From positions 68,882,001-68,946,000 of the forward strand of contig CM069140.1 of assembly GCA_035221665.1 (NCBI GenBank): a stretch of 64,000 nucleotides of DNA. The letters run 5' to 3'. Numbering within the stretch: position 1 is the stretch's first letter; each line of letters opens with the position of its first letter. Shown one piece after another: positions 14,101-29,100 of the stretch. The notes under the pieces were generated by a model that was given only the letters and a program-made list of their open reading frames with translations, was not told the DNA's origin and ran no database searches. The stretch comes from Okamejei kenojei (lineage: Eukaryota). A program made the position numbers and the translations under genes.

Positions 14101-17100
14101 CCCGCGGACAATACCAAAAATATTAGGGGATTCCCTCATAGCAATGGCCAAAGGTTACAAAGCAATATCAAACAGTAAAGGACTTAAAGGCAGCCCTGTC
14201 TAGTACTGAAAAAAGGGGATCTCTGATTATTGGTAAGTACAGAAGCCTGAGGTATATGATATATCAGCTTGATCCAAGAAATAAATTTTGGACCAATCTT
14301 AAATTTTTCAAGTGTATTGAATAAGTATTCCCAATCTATCAAATGCCTTCTCAGCATCAAGTGAAATGACACATTCTGGGGTTTTATTTGACGCTTTATA
14401 TACTATATTCATTAATCTCCTAACGTTAAAGTATGAGTAACGATTTTAATAAAACCTGTCTGATCTTCAGAAATAATTTGTGGTAAAATATTTTCCAATC
14501 TCATAGCTAATATTTTGGACAGAATTTTGGAATCTACATTTAACAGTGATATAGGTCTATATGATGTCACTTCAGTAGGGTCTTTATTTTTTTAAGAATT
14601 AAAGAAATAGATGCTTCATAAAAGGATTGTGGTAATCGATTCATTAAAAGGGCTTCTTTAAAAACCTTGCATAGACAGGGAGACAATAAACTTGAAAAAT
14701 ACTTTTAAAATTCTACTGTAAACCCATCTAAACCAGGAACTTTACCAGAATTCATTGAAAGGATTGCTTTCTGTATTTCTTCCTCCATGATGGGTTCATC
14801 TAACAACAGAGACTGTGGTAAATTCGGCAAGTTCAGTTTCTTTAAAAACTCATGCACTATGTTGGAATCAGTAGGATATTCTGATTGGTATAGGGAGGTA
14901 TAAAATTCCTGAAAGGAATTATTAATTTCGTTATGGTCTACAGTTGGTGTACCATCCCGCTTACTCACTTTAGTAATCTGACGTTTGGCTGACACCGCTT
15001 TCAACTGATTAGCGAGTAATTTACCAGATTTTTTGACGTATATAAAATTGACTTTTGGTTTTAAGTAGCTGGTTTTCAATCGATGATACTAATAACAAAT
15101 CATATCTCAATTGAAGTTCAACTCTATTCTTATAGAGCTCTAAACTAGGAGCTTTTGAATATTTGTTATCAATTTCTTTAATCTCATCAGCCGATATACG
15201 TAGTTCTTTTTGAGTTTGTTCCTTGTTTTTGAGTTTAATCCCACGGAGCATGAAATAATTTGTCCACGAATATATGCCTTAAAAGCATCCCAGACTACAC
15301 CATTGGATATTTCTTCAGTAGAGTTTGTTAAGAAGAAGAAAGCAATCTGATCTTTAATAAAATTAACAACATTGAAATCTTGAACCAAAGTAGCATTAAA
15401 TTGCCATAATTTAGCACTAAACTTGGAATCAGGTAGTTTGATTGATAGTTTCAATGGTGCATGATCAGAAGTAGCAATTGCATCATACTCACATGCAGTG
15501 ACCGATGAAGCTAGCTGAGAATCTATTATAAAGTAGTCAATCCTAGAATAACTATGATATACATGAGGAAAAAAAAGAAAATGATTTGTTATTTGGGTGT
15601 AAGAATCTCCAGACTTCTAACATTCCAGAGTCAAGTAAAAAAGAATTGATAAGACTAGCTGATTTATTTGGAGGGACATGATCAGATGTAGATCTGTCAA
15701 TCAAGGGGTTCAAACAACAGTTAAAATCTCCACCCATTATTAAAACGTGTTCATTTAAATCAGGAAAGGATGCATTTAACTGTTTAAAAAAACTCAGGGT
15801 GATCAATATTTGGTGCATAAACATTCATAGCAACTTTTTGGTTATAAAGAACACCAGTAATCACCAAAAATCTACCATATGGATCAGAAATTGTTTCATG
15901 AACAAACGGAATTGAGAGTCAATAAAAATAGAGACTCCTTTCACCTTAGCCTGTGAATTTGAACGAAACTACTGTCCTCACCAAAACTTGAAAAATGGTT
16001 GATTGTCATCTTGCCTTACATGAGTTTCCTGAACAAAAATAATCTGAGCATTTAGTCTTTGAAGAACTTTAAAAAAAAAATTCCTCTTAATGGGATGGTT
16101 CAAGCCATTCACATACCATGAAAGGAAGTTAATAACTTTATCCATATTGTTTGTAAAAATCATGTGGGATATAAAGGGTTAATTTCTTAAAGCATAATAG
16201 TTACATAGAAACATAGAAAATAGGTGCAGGAGGAGGCCATTCGGCCCTTCGAGCCAGCACCACCATTGTGATCATGGCTGATCGTTCCCTATCAATAACC
16301 CGTGCCTGCCTTCTCCCCATATCCCTTGGCTCCACTAGCCCCTAGAGCTCTATCTAACTCATTTAAATCCATCCAGTGATTTGGTCTCCACTGCCCTCTG
16401 TGGCAGGGAATTCCATAAATTCACAACTCTCTGGGTGAAAACGTTTTTTCTCACCTCAGTCTTAAATGACCTCCCCTTTATTCTAAGACTGTGGCCCCTG
16501 GTTCTGGACTCGCCCAACATTGGGAACATTTTTTCTGCTTTTCATGACACTGGAAGAAGAAAAATCTAGGGCGGAGCCTAAGTGACGACATTTCAGACAT
16601 TTTTGTAGTTCAGATTCTGCACAAATGAAAAACACTAAGCAAGAAACAAAAGACCCCTCCCACCCCCCATACCCACCCATGTAAAGCCCGAAACTGACCA
16701 ATAGACAGTCAGTACACTACCTAATCCCTTCCCTACCCCCATCTCTCCTAACAACAGCACCCAGCATAAAAAAAAAGCATATTTGCCACTCAATAGCCAA
16801 AACATGGTCAATGTTGTGGTTTTTTTTAAAGTACATGTTGGCAGTGGAACACAAGAGCAAGAGCTCCTTCATATTATTTAACCAAGGTCAAAATATGAAA
16901 AACAAGAACTGTGTTCACTTAATTTATCTAAAGACAGGGGGGGAAATTTAAAAATAGAAAAACTGACAAAAATTCTTAAAAATTAATATATATAAAAGAA
17001 AAACAACTCGCCCAGTTAAATTCTTAATCATTACCAAACGATATATTGTCAAAATAGGAACAGTAAATCTCCAATTATAACTTAATCAGCTATCAATTGC

Positions 17101-20100
17101 TCCCGGTCAACTTCACCCTCATACGCCTCCAGAAAGCTGTAAGCGTCTTGAGGATTGTTTAAAAAATCGAATGTTACCATTAAAGAGTCGTATACGTACG
17201 CAGTCTAGCTGGATAAAGTAAGGCTGGGTACACCTTTTTCTTAAACAAATCAGGCATAACTAATGGAAAGACTTTCTTATCTCCAAAAGCTCGTAACTAT
17301 AATCAGGAACAAACCGAAACTTGCATCCTTCATATTCAACCACGCCCAACTATAGTGCTCAATGTTGAAAGTCTCCTTTACCATTTTAGAAGCATATTTT
17401 ATAACATTATCTTTAACCTTCCGGTAAACCAACAATTCGCAAATTCAGTCGACGGCTTCTGTTTTCCAGATCCATATTTTTAATCTTGTATTGCTGGAGT
17501 GCTCGTGTATTTTCATTCATTCTCCGTTCCAGTTTTTCAATCCACAAATCTCTCTCCTGGCCCAGGGTTCGCAAGTTATCAATTTGTTCCTTATGTTCAC
17601 AAGATTAATCTTGTAACACAATCAGCTTGTCTTGAACTTCCTTCAATTTGCTCAAAACTCCTTTCACCATTTCTTCCAAACTGCAAAATCTTGTTTTCAT
17701 TTCATTTTTCTGTTCATCGTTCATTTTCGATATTGCTTCTAAGATACTAGAGTCAGAAGCTGTGGCTGTGGCTCTCCCACGTTCCTTCCTTGGGGAGCCT
17801 CCTTTCCCTCGTCTCCATCTTTTACATGATTAAGGCGTATAAAAGTGTTATCAACACAATGAAAAGTTAGACCGTGCCTTGAAGTCAAGTAAAACAAGTA
17901 ACATTGAATGAGTGGTAAGTAAAAGTTAAAAGTTAAGGGAGCAAACAAATTTGCAACCTTTACAGCATGCTGCCACTAGGAGAGTCCAACGCCCATTTCT
18001 AAGTGTCCTTGAACCGAGGTGCTTAAAGGGTCACGATGGGGGTCATGTAAAAGTCTTGAGCCAATCCATGGCAGACTAGCTAAAGATGGATCTTTTCCTC
18101 CCTGAAGGACATTGGTGAAATAGATACGTTATTTACACCAATTTTGCAGTTTTATGGTCAATCTTTCTTTGTGAAATTTCTATTATTGGTGTGTTTTGTA
18201 GTTAAAAAAACAATTACAAGGAGAGAGTAAGTTTTTCAGTTTATATTAACTTCCTTGTCACCAGTTTTCGTTTTGATGACTAATATGATATTGATAAATG
18301 GTGATGATTTTTTAATATAAATTGTGAAATTTGTTGTGTATAATGATTAAACGTCTTGTCATAGAGTTATACGCATGGAAACTGGCCACTCGGCCCAATT
18401 CATACATGCCAACCAAGATGCACCATCTAATCTAGGCCCATTTGCCTGCGTTTGTACAATATTCCTCTAACCCTTTCCTATCCTTGAATCTGTCCAAGTA
18501 TCTTTTAAATGCTGTTATGTTGTATTTTCTCTTCTAGATAAAGTAACTGTTTATTTTAATTATCTTAGGACAGAAGAGTCCATGTTGTCTAAAGGATTAG
18601 TAAGTATTTATTTACACTACAACCAATCTTACAATTCTCATTTGAAATATCTATCAGAACCTTTTACTGCTAACTTAATACTTTATCTAACAATCAAATA
18701 CATAAACATCTTCTAATGTGATATTTTTGTTGAAGTCTGACCAAATCTACACTTCAGTGCGAGTTTCTGAATCAGTTTTCCTTTTTCAGGAATTATATGA
18801 ACATTGTTTATTAGCAATTGAAGATAATACTCTTTCCCACAACTATTTGGAAATCAAAAACATTCTTGGTGTTCCTCAGGTAATTCACTATAAATGCCTA
18901 AAGTGGATTTAGAATCTGCTCTCTTTAATTGTTATTGCATCTACTTCTGGATAACATTTTTAATGGGTTATTTCTCAAATTTCTTTCTGTAGGAGTTAGT
19001 GAAAGTGATGACACTATGTCCTTTCGAGCATATGGTATGTATTAATGCCACTATATAAAATCTAAAGAATATTGAGTGCTTTATTAAAATTAACTGTTAT
19101 CTGTGCAAACTATCATATTGATAGTGGCAATAATCCTGAAATAGGCAAATACAATACAATAAAGAGCAAGAATGTAAAGAATTCCTGAAAATATTCATGA
19201 AAATTACTTTCTTTGGTGTTTGGGGACAAGTTTGGGTAAATATTTGATTACATCAGGTTTAAAATAACTCCAGAAAACCCCCAATTTAAAGTAAAAACAA
19301 CTTGAGAGCAAATTTTAAGTGAGTTAAAAAGAGAGCTAGCCTATCGCATTCTATTTCATTTTTAAAAGGACTAATTGGTAGTAGACCAAAGGAAAGATGG
19401 TGCAGCTGGAGAATGTACATATTTCCAACCGGGGAAGAGGAAGGGATACCAAATCTCGAGTTTCTAGATTAACATAAAATAGGAAAAAGTGGTTTATGTC
19501 AAATACAGGTTGAATACGCAAATGGCATAGAGGATTTAAAAAGGAAATAAGAGAGTAGTGAATATATTCAAGGCCAAAAGAAAAGGGATTCCCAAAGTCT
19601 TTTACATATTCATACTGAAAGGGCAATCAGAATTGGGATGAGAGAAATTAAGCTAATCTTTTGAAGGTAGAAAACATAGCTGAGTTACCAAATAAGCATT
19701 CCTCTTTCACTGGAGATGGAGATGATGCTAATGAAGTATTAAGAGGGTGGTAACAATGTAAGTCGAATAATCATTTGCGCCACATGAGATATATCCTCAG
19801 TTACTGATGGAAGTAAGGGTGGAAATCATGGAAGCTCCCATCGATCCAAACCTTCCTATTGGCCTCAAATTTTGGGTTGTGCTAGGAGATTGGAAAATAG
19901 CAAATGTTACACACCTATTTACAAAATGCTATTAGGATAACTGCAATTACAAGCCTAACATTGATGTTGGGAAAACGATTTGCAACATTAATTGTCTGTG
20001 TACTTTCTTTAAAATAACAGGATGCTTTAGTAAAACATATTGCATTGCAACTAATATAAAAGTGAGGAAGGTGCAGAGAGACTTGCCAGAGATGAGGGAG

Positions 20101-23100
20101 TTCAGTCATATGGAGATATTGGGTTATTCTTGTTGGAGCTGGGAAAGTTAATGCCTTTGCAAAATTGAAAACAATTTTAATGGATTAAATAGTAATTTAT
20201 TGTTTCTGGTCATAGAAAAGTCAGTTAACCGAAGATGTGGGTTTAAGGTAATAGGGTGATGAGTGCCTGAAACACGCTGCCAGGGGTGGGTGTGGAGTCA
20301 GATACAATAGTGACATCCTAGCGATGAGACACGACTGGCAAGACCGACGTCGGGCAGAGCTATAGTTGTGGGTGACTCCATTGTCCGAGGTGCGGACGGG
20401 AGATTCTGTGGCGGCAGGTGAGACTCGCGGATAGTCTGTTGCCTCCCTGGTGCCAGGGTTCATGATATCACAAACCAAATTCAGAATCTCCTCGAGACGG
20501 AAGGTGAACAGCTGGCAGTAGTTGTGCACGTTGGCACAAACGACATTGGGAAGAAGAGGAAGGAGGTTTTGCAACACGAGTTAGGAAGAAAACTGAAAAG
20601 CAGGTCTTCTAGGGTGTTATCTCTGGATTACTTCCAGTACCTAGTGCTAGTGAGGGCAGGAACAGGGAGATAGAGGACCTATCTGAATGTGTGGCTGGGG
20701 TGCTGGTGCACTGGTGCAGGGAGCAAGGATTCAGCTTTATAGACCACTGGGATCTCTTCTGGGGTAGGGGTGACCTGTACAAAAGGGACGGGTTACACCT
20801 TAACTGGAGGGAGGAACCAAAGTTCTGGCAGGCAGGTTTGCTAGGGCTATCACATAAAATCCCAATAAAATACATTTACATTTGTGGTTGTAACGTGACA
20901 AAATGTGGAAAGGTTCAAGGGGTATGAAAACTTTTGCAAGCCACTGTGTGTGTGTCTTTTATCTCCTGTTCTGTATTATGTTTACATATTCTGTTGTGCT
21001 GCAGCAAGCAAGAATTTCATTGTCCTATCTGGGACACATGACAATAAAACTCTCTTGTCTCTTTGACCTAAGCAAAAAAAGGGTTCTCAGGGAAAAAAAG
21101 AGCTACCTTAAATTTAATTCCATCTGGTTGGGTACCTATAGTAGGGTGAAGACTATTCCATGCTTTAATTGTGCGGGGGAACTCCATGCCGCAGCCAGCA
21201 TCTCTGGATAGAAGAAATTAAGTGACGTTTCGGGTAGAGACCCTTCTTTAGATTTCCTCTGGTTTTAGTGTTTTTAGTTTAATATAAAGATACAGCGTGG
21301 AAACAGGCCCTTCGGCCCACCAGGTTCACACCGACCACTGATCATCCGTACACTAATTCTAACCCCCCCCCCTTAGCGACATAAGTCAAGAGTGTTTTAT
21401 TCTCTCACATCCCAGTCAGAACAATGAAATCCTTACTTGCAGCAGCACAACAGAATATGTAAACATAGTACTCTGTAAGCACTGTTAGAAATGAGAAAAC
21501 AAAACAGTATTATATNNNNNNNNNNNNNNNNNNNNNNNNNNNNNNNNNNNNNNNNNNNNNNNNNNNNNNNNNNNNNNNNNNNNNNNNNNNNNNNNNNNNN
21601 NNNNNNNNNNNNNNNNNNNNNNNNNNNNNNNNNNNNNNNNNNNNNNNNNNNNNNNAGGTTCTATCGTATAGTATCGTGTGTGTAGGAAGGAACTGCAGAT
21701 GCAGGTTTAAACAGAAGATAGACACAAAAAGCTGGAGTAACTCAACAGGTCAGACAGAATCTCTGGACAAAAGGAAAATATTACGTTTTGGGTTGGGTCT
21801 AAAAAAGGTTCCTGCACACCTTTGGAATGTGGAAGGAAACAAGAGCACCCGGAGAAAACGCATGTGATCAAAGGGAAAAGGAGCAAACTCCATACAGACA
21901 GCACCCATATTCAGGATCAATTCCGGGACTGGCAATTTTAGGCAGCAACATTATGGCCAATGTACTGCCCTATAGTCTTGGACTGAATTAAAACATACAG
22001 TAGCTGTAAATGGGGACTTTGCGTCACTTAGAGATTTAAGACTGAAAATGGATAGTTTCTTTTTTTTTTAGTAACCAAAGTTATCAACGTATATTTTTTT
22101 GTGTGTTGGAAAATAAAATATTTATTTTATTAAGCTGTTGGACTTGCTCCCTCATACACCAGAGATCTGTGTTCGATCCTGTCCTCGGGCACTGTCTGTG
22201 TTGAATCTGCACATTCTCTCTGCAAGCATTTAGGTTTCCTCCCACATCCCAAAGACGCATTGGCTTTGTAGGTTAACTTCTCTCTGTAAAATTGCCCCTA
22301 ATGTGTAGGGAGTGGGTGAGGAAAGTGGGATAACAGAACTTGTGTGAATGGGTAGACAAAAATGCTGGAGAAACTCAGCGGGTGAGGCAGCATCTATGGA
22401 GCGAAGGAAATAGGCGACGTTTCGGGTCGAGACCCTTCTTCAGACTGATATGAAGCTGTAGAGGGGTGGGAAGAAGAAAGGAAGAGGCGGAGACAGTGGG
22501 CTGAGGGAGAGCTGGGAAGCGGAGGAGAAAGCAGGGACTTCCTGAAATTGGGTTCGTCAATTTTCATACCGCTGTGGTGTAAACTGCCCAAGCAAAATAT
22601 GAGGTGCTGCTCCTCCAATTTACGGTGGGCCTCACTCTGGCCATGGAGGAGGCCCACGACAGAAAGGTCGGATTCGGAATGGGAGGGAGAGTTGAAGTGC
22701 TGAGCCGCCGGGAGATCAGGTTGGTTATTGCGAATTGAGCGGAGGTGTTGGACAAAGCGATTGCCAAGCCTACGCTTGGTCTCACCGATGACACCTAGAG
22801 CAGCGGATGCAATAGATGAGGTTGGAGGAGGTGCAGGTGAACCTCTGCCGCACCTGGAAAGATTTCTTGGGTCCTTGAATGAAGTCAAGTGGGGAGATAA
22901 AGCGATAAGCGTAGCATTTCCTGCGATTGCAAGTGAAAGTGCCAGGAGAGGGGGTGGTTTGGGTGGGAAGGGACGATTTGACCAGGGAGTTACGGAGGGA
23001 GTGGTCTCTGAGCAAAGCAGACAGGGGAGGCGATGGGAAGATGTGGCCATTGGTAGACAAAGCTGGAGAAAATCAGCATCTATGGAGCGAAGGAATAGGC

Positions 23101-26100
23101 GACGTATCGGGCCGAGACCCTTCTTCAGACTGATGTCGGGAGGGGGTCGGGAAAAAGAAAGGAAGTGGCAGAGATAGTAGGCTGTGGGAGATCTGGGAAT
23201 GAGAGGGGAAGGAGGGAGAAAGCAAGGACTACCTGAAATTGGAGAAGCCAATGTTCATACCACTGGGGTGTAAACTACCCAAGCGAAATATGAGGTGCTG
23301 TTCCAATTTGCTGTGGGCCTCACTCTGACCATGGAGGAGGACCAGGACAGAAAGGTCGGATTCGGAATGGGAGGGGGAGTTGAGATGCTGAGCCACTGGG
23401 TGATTCGGTTGGTTATTGCGAACTGAATGTAGGTGTTGCGCGAAGCGATCGCCAAACCTGCACTTGGTCTCACCGAGGTTGATCATATGCTGAATAATCC
23501 AACCAGAATTTTGTTTGGAAGTGGAAAGAAATAATATAAATTGCATTCATTGCAACATGTAAAAAGAGATGAGATACTGTATTGTAATTTTGCTGCTTGT
23601 CATTGTGGTATATATCATGTCTTGATTGGTGAATATGTTTGGTTTGTGACTTTATTTGAAGCAGAAATAATATGTGAATGCTTCATTGACCATAATTCAG
23701 ACTGGTAACTACGCACTTCGTCGGAGCACATTATCGTACGTGTCATGCAAGCTGTCTTAAATGACCACCTAAAATGTCATTTGGCAACCTAAAAAGCTGC
23801 CTAGGTTGCCTGGCTGGCAACAGAGAAAAAAAGTTAAGCGAGAGCCCTGACAAGGAATTTATGTTTTTAATGCAACCTTAAATGCTTTCATTGTCTGAAA
23901 GGCTGATGGTTGCATATTCAACATTGATCTAAAGTCCAGAATCTGTGTCATTTAGCACAGAGACCATGTCATACTTTGGATTAACCTGGATTTTGGACAG
24001 TGTTTTTAAAAATAGGTTGGTATAATTTTTTTAATTGATTCTGTTATCCATTTCCAAAGAAAGGATGGGCATTTTGGGTCATGTAAGATAGACTTGGCAA
24101 TCGACTTGCGATAAACTGAGTAATCAGAACAGCGGTTTTCTGAAAACAAAGCATTGAAACCAGAGAACCAGCATTTAGCCGAACATCCAGAAATGTTTAT
24201 TTTCTGGACAATTCCTATTTTGGACAGTTAGTCTTTGGATATAAGACATAAAGTACTTTTCAAAAGGGAATAAGATAACTGCTTGAAGGGAGAAAATATA
24301 GTCATGGGGAAAGAATAGGGGATTGAGACCAATTGGGTCGTAACTTTTAAAAGTTGATGTAGATAACATGGGTTGAATAGTTTTCTTTTTATGCTGCTTC
24401 ATGATTCTAATTTCCTTTTTCATGTTGTAGCGGAAATGGAGCCTGAAGATATTCCAGCAAAACATTGATAAATTTGATTCAGAAGGAAAATACAAATTAT
24501 TTAGGTGAGTATTGTCAGGAAAGGATGATTTTATATTGAAGACGATGTCTTTAATGTCTGCAGCTTCTCTCAAGATATTTTAAAATTTACGGAATGCAGT
24601 TCATATACAATAGGTTAGGAAAATAATAAGGGGTAGGCCATTTAGGACAGAGATGAGGAAAAACTTTTTCACGCAGAGAGTTGTGAATCTGTAGAATTCT
24701 TTGCCACAGAAGGCAGTGGAGGCCAATTCACTGGATGTTTTCAAGAGAGTTAGATTTAGCTCTTAAGGCTAAAGAAATTAAGGGATATGGGGAAAAAGCA
24801 GGAACTGATTTTAGATGATCAACCATGGTCATATGGCTCGAAGGGCCGAATGGCCAACTCCTGCACCTATTTTTCAATGTTTTATATCTATGAGAACTAC
24901 TAGGAAACCTACAGAAAACTACTTACTATGCCTATGAAGAAAAAGCAAGTGCTTTCAATTTACTAATGTCAAATACTTGTAACATTACATTGTTCAAGAT
25001 GCTATCAATACCCAATGTTGAGAAGAAATATCATTGCTTTTAAGCTTTATTAGATTAAAAAAAGACATAATCTTTTAATTTATTTTAGAATTATATAGTG
25101 TGCTGACCAGAATTAAACACAATATTCCAGTTGTGACTTTGAGTGTTGTGTAAAAGTGCAGTTTCACTTCTCTGTTCTTTTACTCTAAACTTCCACTTAC
25201 TTATTTTGCAAGAATTTTTTTTGTTAAAGTCAGTCTACTTGGAAGTAGTCTTTTTCAGTTGATAATTTATAGCAGAGTTCTAATGCATATATTTTGTGTG
25301 ATTGCATTGTACTGGAACAATTCAATTTTTAAAACATGCCAAAACATTGTTAACAAAATTAATTCAATCAAAAAAATAGCTTTTTTCATTGCACATTGAT
25401 TACCTATAGGCATTACTTAAAGAAAGGAAAATGAAATTTGATTACGTCAGGATAGACAAAAATGCTGGAGAAACTCAGCAGGTGAGGCAGCATCTGTGGA
25501 GTGAAGGAAATAGGCAATGTTTGGGTCGAGACCCTTGATTACGGTCATCTTAGTTTAAAGCTGCATCATTCACAATGCTGTACATGAGTTTCAGCCGTGA
25601 GGTTGACAAGAATATTATCATAATTCTAAAGTTAAATGCTAATCTGCCACTGCATTGACCAAACAGTTGTGAGTAGTTTCTGTGGTATCTCCACATTGGT
25701 GTAAGCCTTTCCTAAGCTATTGGATCTCCTTGAACGTTTTATGAATGCATTGCACGTCTTTAAATCCACTCCACAAAATCAGAGTGGAATTTGCTTCAAA
25801 TTCTTTCTTAATGTTAACAGTCGCTTCAAGGCACATAAGTATGAATGATGGAAAACACACTTCATTAAGTAACTGAAGTTTCACAGTTGTGGTTCAAGCT
25901 TTACATGTTCAGTCATCTCAAATTACTGAACTGCAGGCTAAAGGAGTCATAATTATTCTACTGAAGTCTCGTTGCAATGCTAAAGAGGACCTTGAACTTT
26001 GAGATTATTCTAATGTATTGCATTATTATGGGAACCATGTTGCAGTGTGAGTACTTCAACTGAATTGTAACTAGATTTTTAAAGATATTTCAGAATGTGC

Positions 26101-29100
26101 GCTATGTAATGGAAGAAATAAACATGGAGAATTAAGCTCTTAGGACTGAAACTGTCAATCAGATTTTTCTATTTATAGTTATTCTTTGTTCAGGTGTTTA
26201 TTGAAGACAACTCATCATGCTGGAGTACAAGGTTATATTATACAAAATATTAAAAATCAGATTGATCTAGCATTGAAGGTAAGCATGTTCTTAGGCATAT
26301 AATCTTTCTGTGTAAGTATAGATTTATACCATTGTTGTTACTTTTTATTGATCGAAATGTGCTGTCTCATTTTTGTGGGTTTTGTAAGTAAAAGCCATGG
26401 CTGTTATTTTAGTCAGATATTCCATATTATTTGACATTCCTACTTTGTGAGCTCCATGCAAAGGAATTATTCGGATAACTTTGACATGCAATGCAAGCAT
26501 TAACGGAAATCTTTTTGTATATTTTATAAAACATTTTTTTTGCTATATTGTTCATTTCATAAAGTCTCACATTGTATTTTATTTATTTTTGAAATATGGG
26601 TGATGCTAGAAGGGCCAGAAATTGCTCCACATCTCAAATATCCCTTGAGGAGTGGTGATGAAAGTGCCTTTATGAACTACTGCAACCCTTCTGGTGTAGG
26701 TCTTCCCTTGGTAATGGATTATTGTTGGGTGATACAGTTGGAGAAACATTATTTCATGTGCAATTCAGTAAGATCTTGCCATACATAATTACATCAGATA
26801 GTGCAAAGAGAAAAATAATCAGTGTGCAGAATATAATGCTACAGCTTTACAGGTCCAGAGAAAATGCCGATTTAAAAAAAAAGTGCAAGGGCCGCAATGA
26901 GGTATATTAGGAAAATACTCTTCGTTTATGAGAGGGAATGACTGACCGAGGTATAGGTTTTTAATTCAGTGAGAGTATCTACATAAAGGTTGGCACAGGT
27001 GGTAGAACCGTTGCTTCACAATGCCAGAGACCCAGATTATGTCCTAACCTCGAGTTTGCATGTTATATCCCGTGCCCACGTGGGTTTCCTCCCATATCCC
27101 AAACACGTGCGGGTTGTAGGTTAATTGGCCCTGTGTACATTGCCCCTAAGGTGTAGGGAGTGTTTGCAAAAATGGGATAACAGAGAACTAGTGTGAACAA
27201 GTGATACTGGCATGGACTCGGTCGGTCTAACGGCCTGTTTCTCTAAACTAAAACTTAAACTAAACATATGTGCAACAAAATCACATTATTCTGGAATTTA
27301 CAATTGATTCCAGGACCTCCTGAAGCAGATGAGATTTCAGTGCTGCATCTTCATGGCGATGTTGTTCAACCACTCACTTAAGCTTATGTTGCTTAAGGTT
27401 GAGGTGCTCCAGATGGAAGCCACACGTCTACAACCAATAGTTATGCCAGTGGTTGACCATTTTCCACCTTACTTACAATTCTTTATCTGTTCTTTTCCCC
27501 AACTTTTCATTCTAAAATATCTACCTTTTAGTAAATTTAAACTTGTTTTTGTTTCTAGGTCAGCAATGGAAATACGTGGTTCTCAGGCCAACAACTGGTC
27601 CCTCTTCTTCACTTAGTCCTTTCACTTCCTGAAGGAGCTGAAACAGATTTACTTCAAAACACAGACAGGTAAGTTTCATGCTTGATTTAGTAGAATTAAC
27701 TTTTAGCCATGCAGTAATTGTAATGGGTCAGTGCAGTGTGCTTTGCAGGGATGGGGAGAGAGAAACTTTTCCTTGGATACATGGACCCCGTGAAAATGTA
27801 TTAATGGCTGTGCATTGTACTCTGCTTCCAAAATTCAGTTCCATCCACTTTAGTGAAACCAAGTGTAAAGGGTGGCACTTCAGGAGCACTGAATGCAACA
27901 GACAAGGTTGGAGGAGGTACACATAGAAACATAGAAATTAGGTGCAGGAGTAGGCCATTTGGCCCTTCGAGCCTGCGCTGCTATTCAATATGATCATGGC
28001 TAATCATCCAACTTGGTATCCTGTACCTGCCTTTTCTCCATACCCCCTGATCCCTTTAGCCACATCTAACTCCCTCTTAAATATAGCCAGTGAACTGGCC
28101 TCAACTACCTTCTGTGGCAGAGAATTCCACAGATTCACCACTCTCTGTGTGAAAAATGTTTTTCTCATCTCGGTCCTAAAAGACTTCCCCCTTATCCTTA
28201 AACTATGACCCCCGTGTTTAGGACTTCCCCAACATCGGGTACAATCTTCCTGCATCTAGCCTGTCCAACCCCTTAAGAATTTTTTAAGTTTCTATAAGAT
28301 CCCCCCTCAATCTTCTAAATTCTAGTGAGTACAAGTCGAGTGTATCCAGTCTTTCTTCATATGAAAGTCCTGCCATCCCAGGAATCAGTCTGGTGAACCT
28401 TCTCTGTACTCCCTCTATGGCAAGAATGTCTTTCCTCAGATTAGGAGACCAAATCTGTACACAATACTCCAGGTGTGGGCTCACCATACAACTGCAGCAG
28501 AACGTCCCTGCTCCTATACTCAAATCCTTTTGCTATGAATGCTAACATACCATTCACTTTCTTCACTGCCTGCTGCACCTGCATGCCTACTTTCAATGAC
28601 TGGTGTACCATGACACCCAGGTCTCGTTGCATCTCCCCTTTTCCTAATCGGCCACTGTTCAGATAATATGGTCACATGAAGATCTGTCTCAGCTGGATGG
28701 CTGCTGGGGTCCCTGGAGGGAAGTGAGAGAGGAGGTGTAGGGACAGGTGTTACATCTCCTGTGGTTGCAGGGGAAAGTACTTGGGGAAGAGGTGGTTTGG
28801 ATGGGAAGGGACATGGAAACCAAGGAGTTGCAGAGAGAGTGTAGGAACTCTGCAGATGCTGGTTTAAACCGAAAATAGACACAAAAAGCTGGAGTAACTG
28901 AGCAGGACAGGTAACATCTCTGGAGAGAAGGAATGGGTCTTGACCTGAAACATCACCCATTTCTTCTCTCCAGAGATGCTGTGTGTCCTGCTGAGTTGCA
29001 GAGAGAGTGCTCTACAAAATGCAGAAAGGGGTGGAGACTAGAAGATGCGACTCATTGTGGGATTGTTGAAGGTGGCGGAAATGTCAGAACAATGTGTTTG

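Larger units (their letters stand above)
11243..17990 (-). mobile_element. Full-length decayed L1-clade LINE (5'UTR, ORF1 remnants, APE endonuclease + RT ORF2 remnants)
   Basis: TSD GCCCATTTCT (11233-11242, 17991-18000); motifs FLSWYVNGLNHPIKR, FVQETH, MGGDFN, PGLDGFTVEF, LSLYADDLLLF; A-rich 3' end with AATAAA; many frameshifts. Confidence 0.92.

Noticed and set aside
20945-21515. Inverted pair of ~120-bp LINE/SINE tails
   Set aside because: Two diverged independent insertions next to an assembly gap; not a TIR element.
22394-23251. 285-aa ORF
   Set aside because: Runs through tandem PLE fragments and pLTRs in mixed frames.
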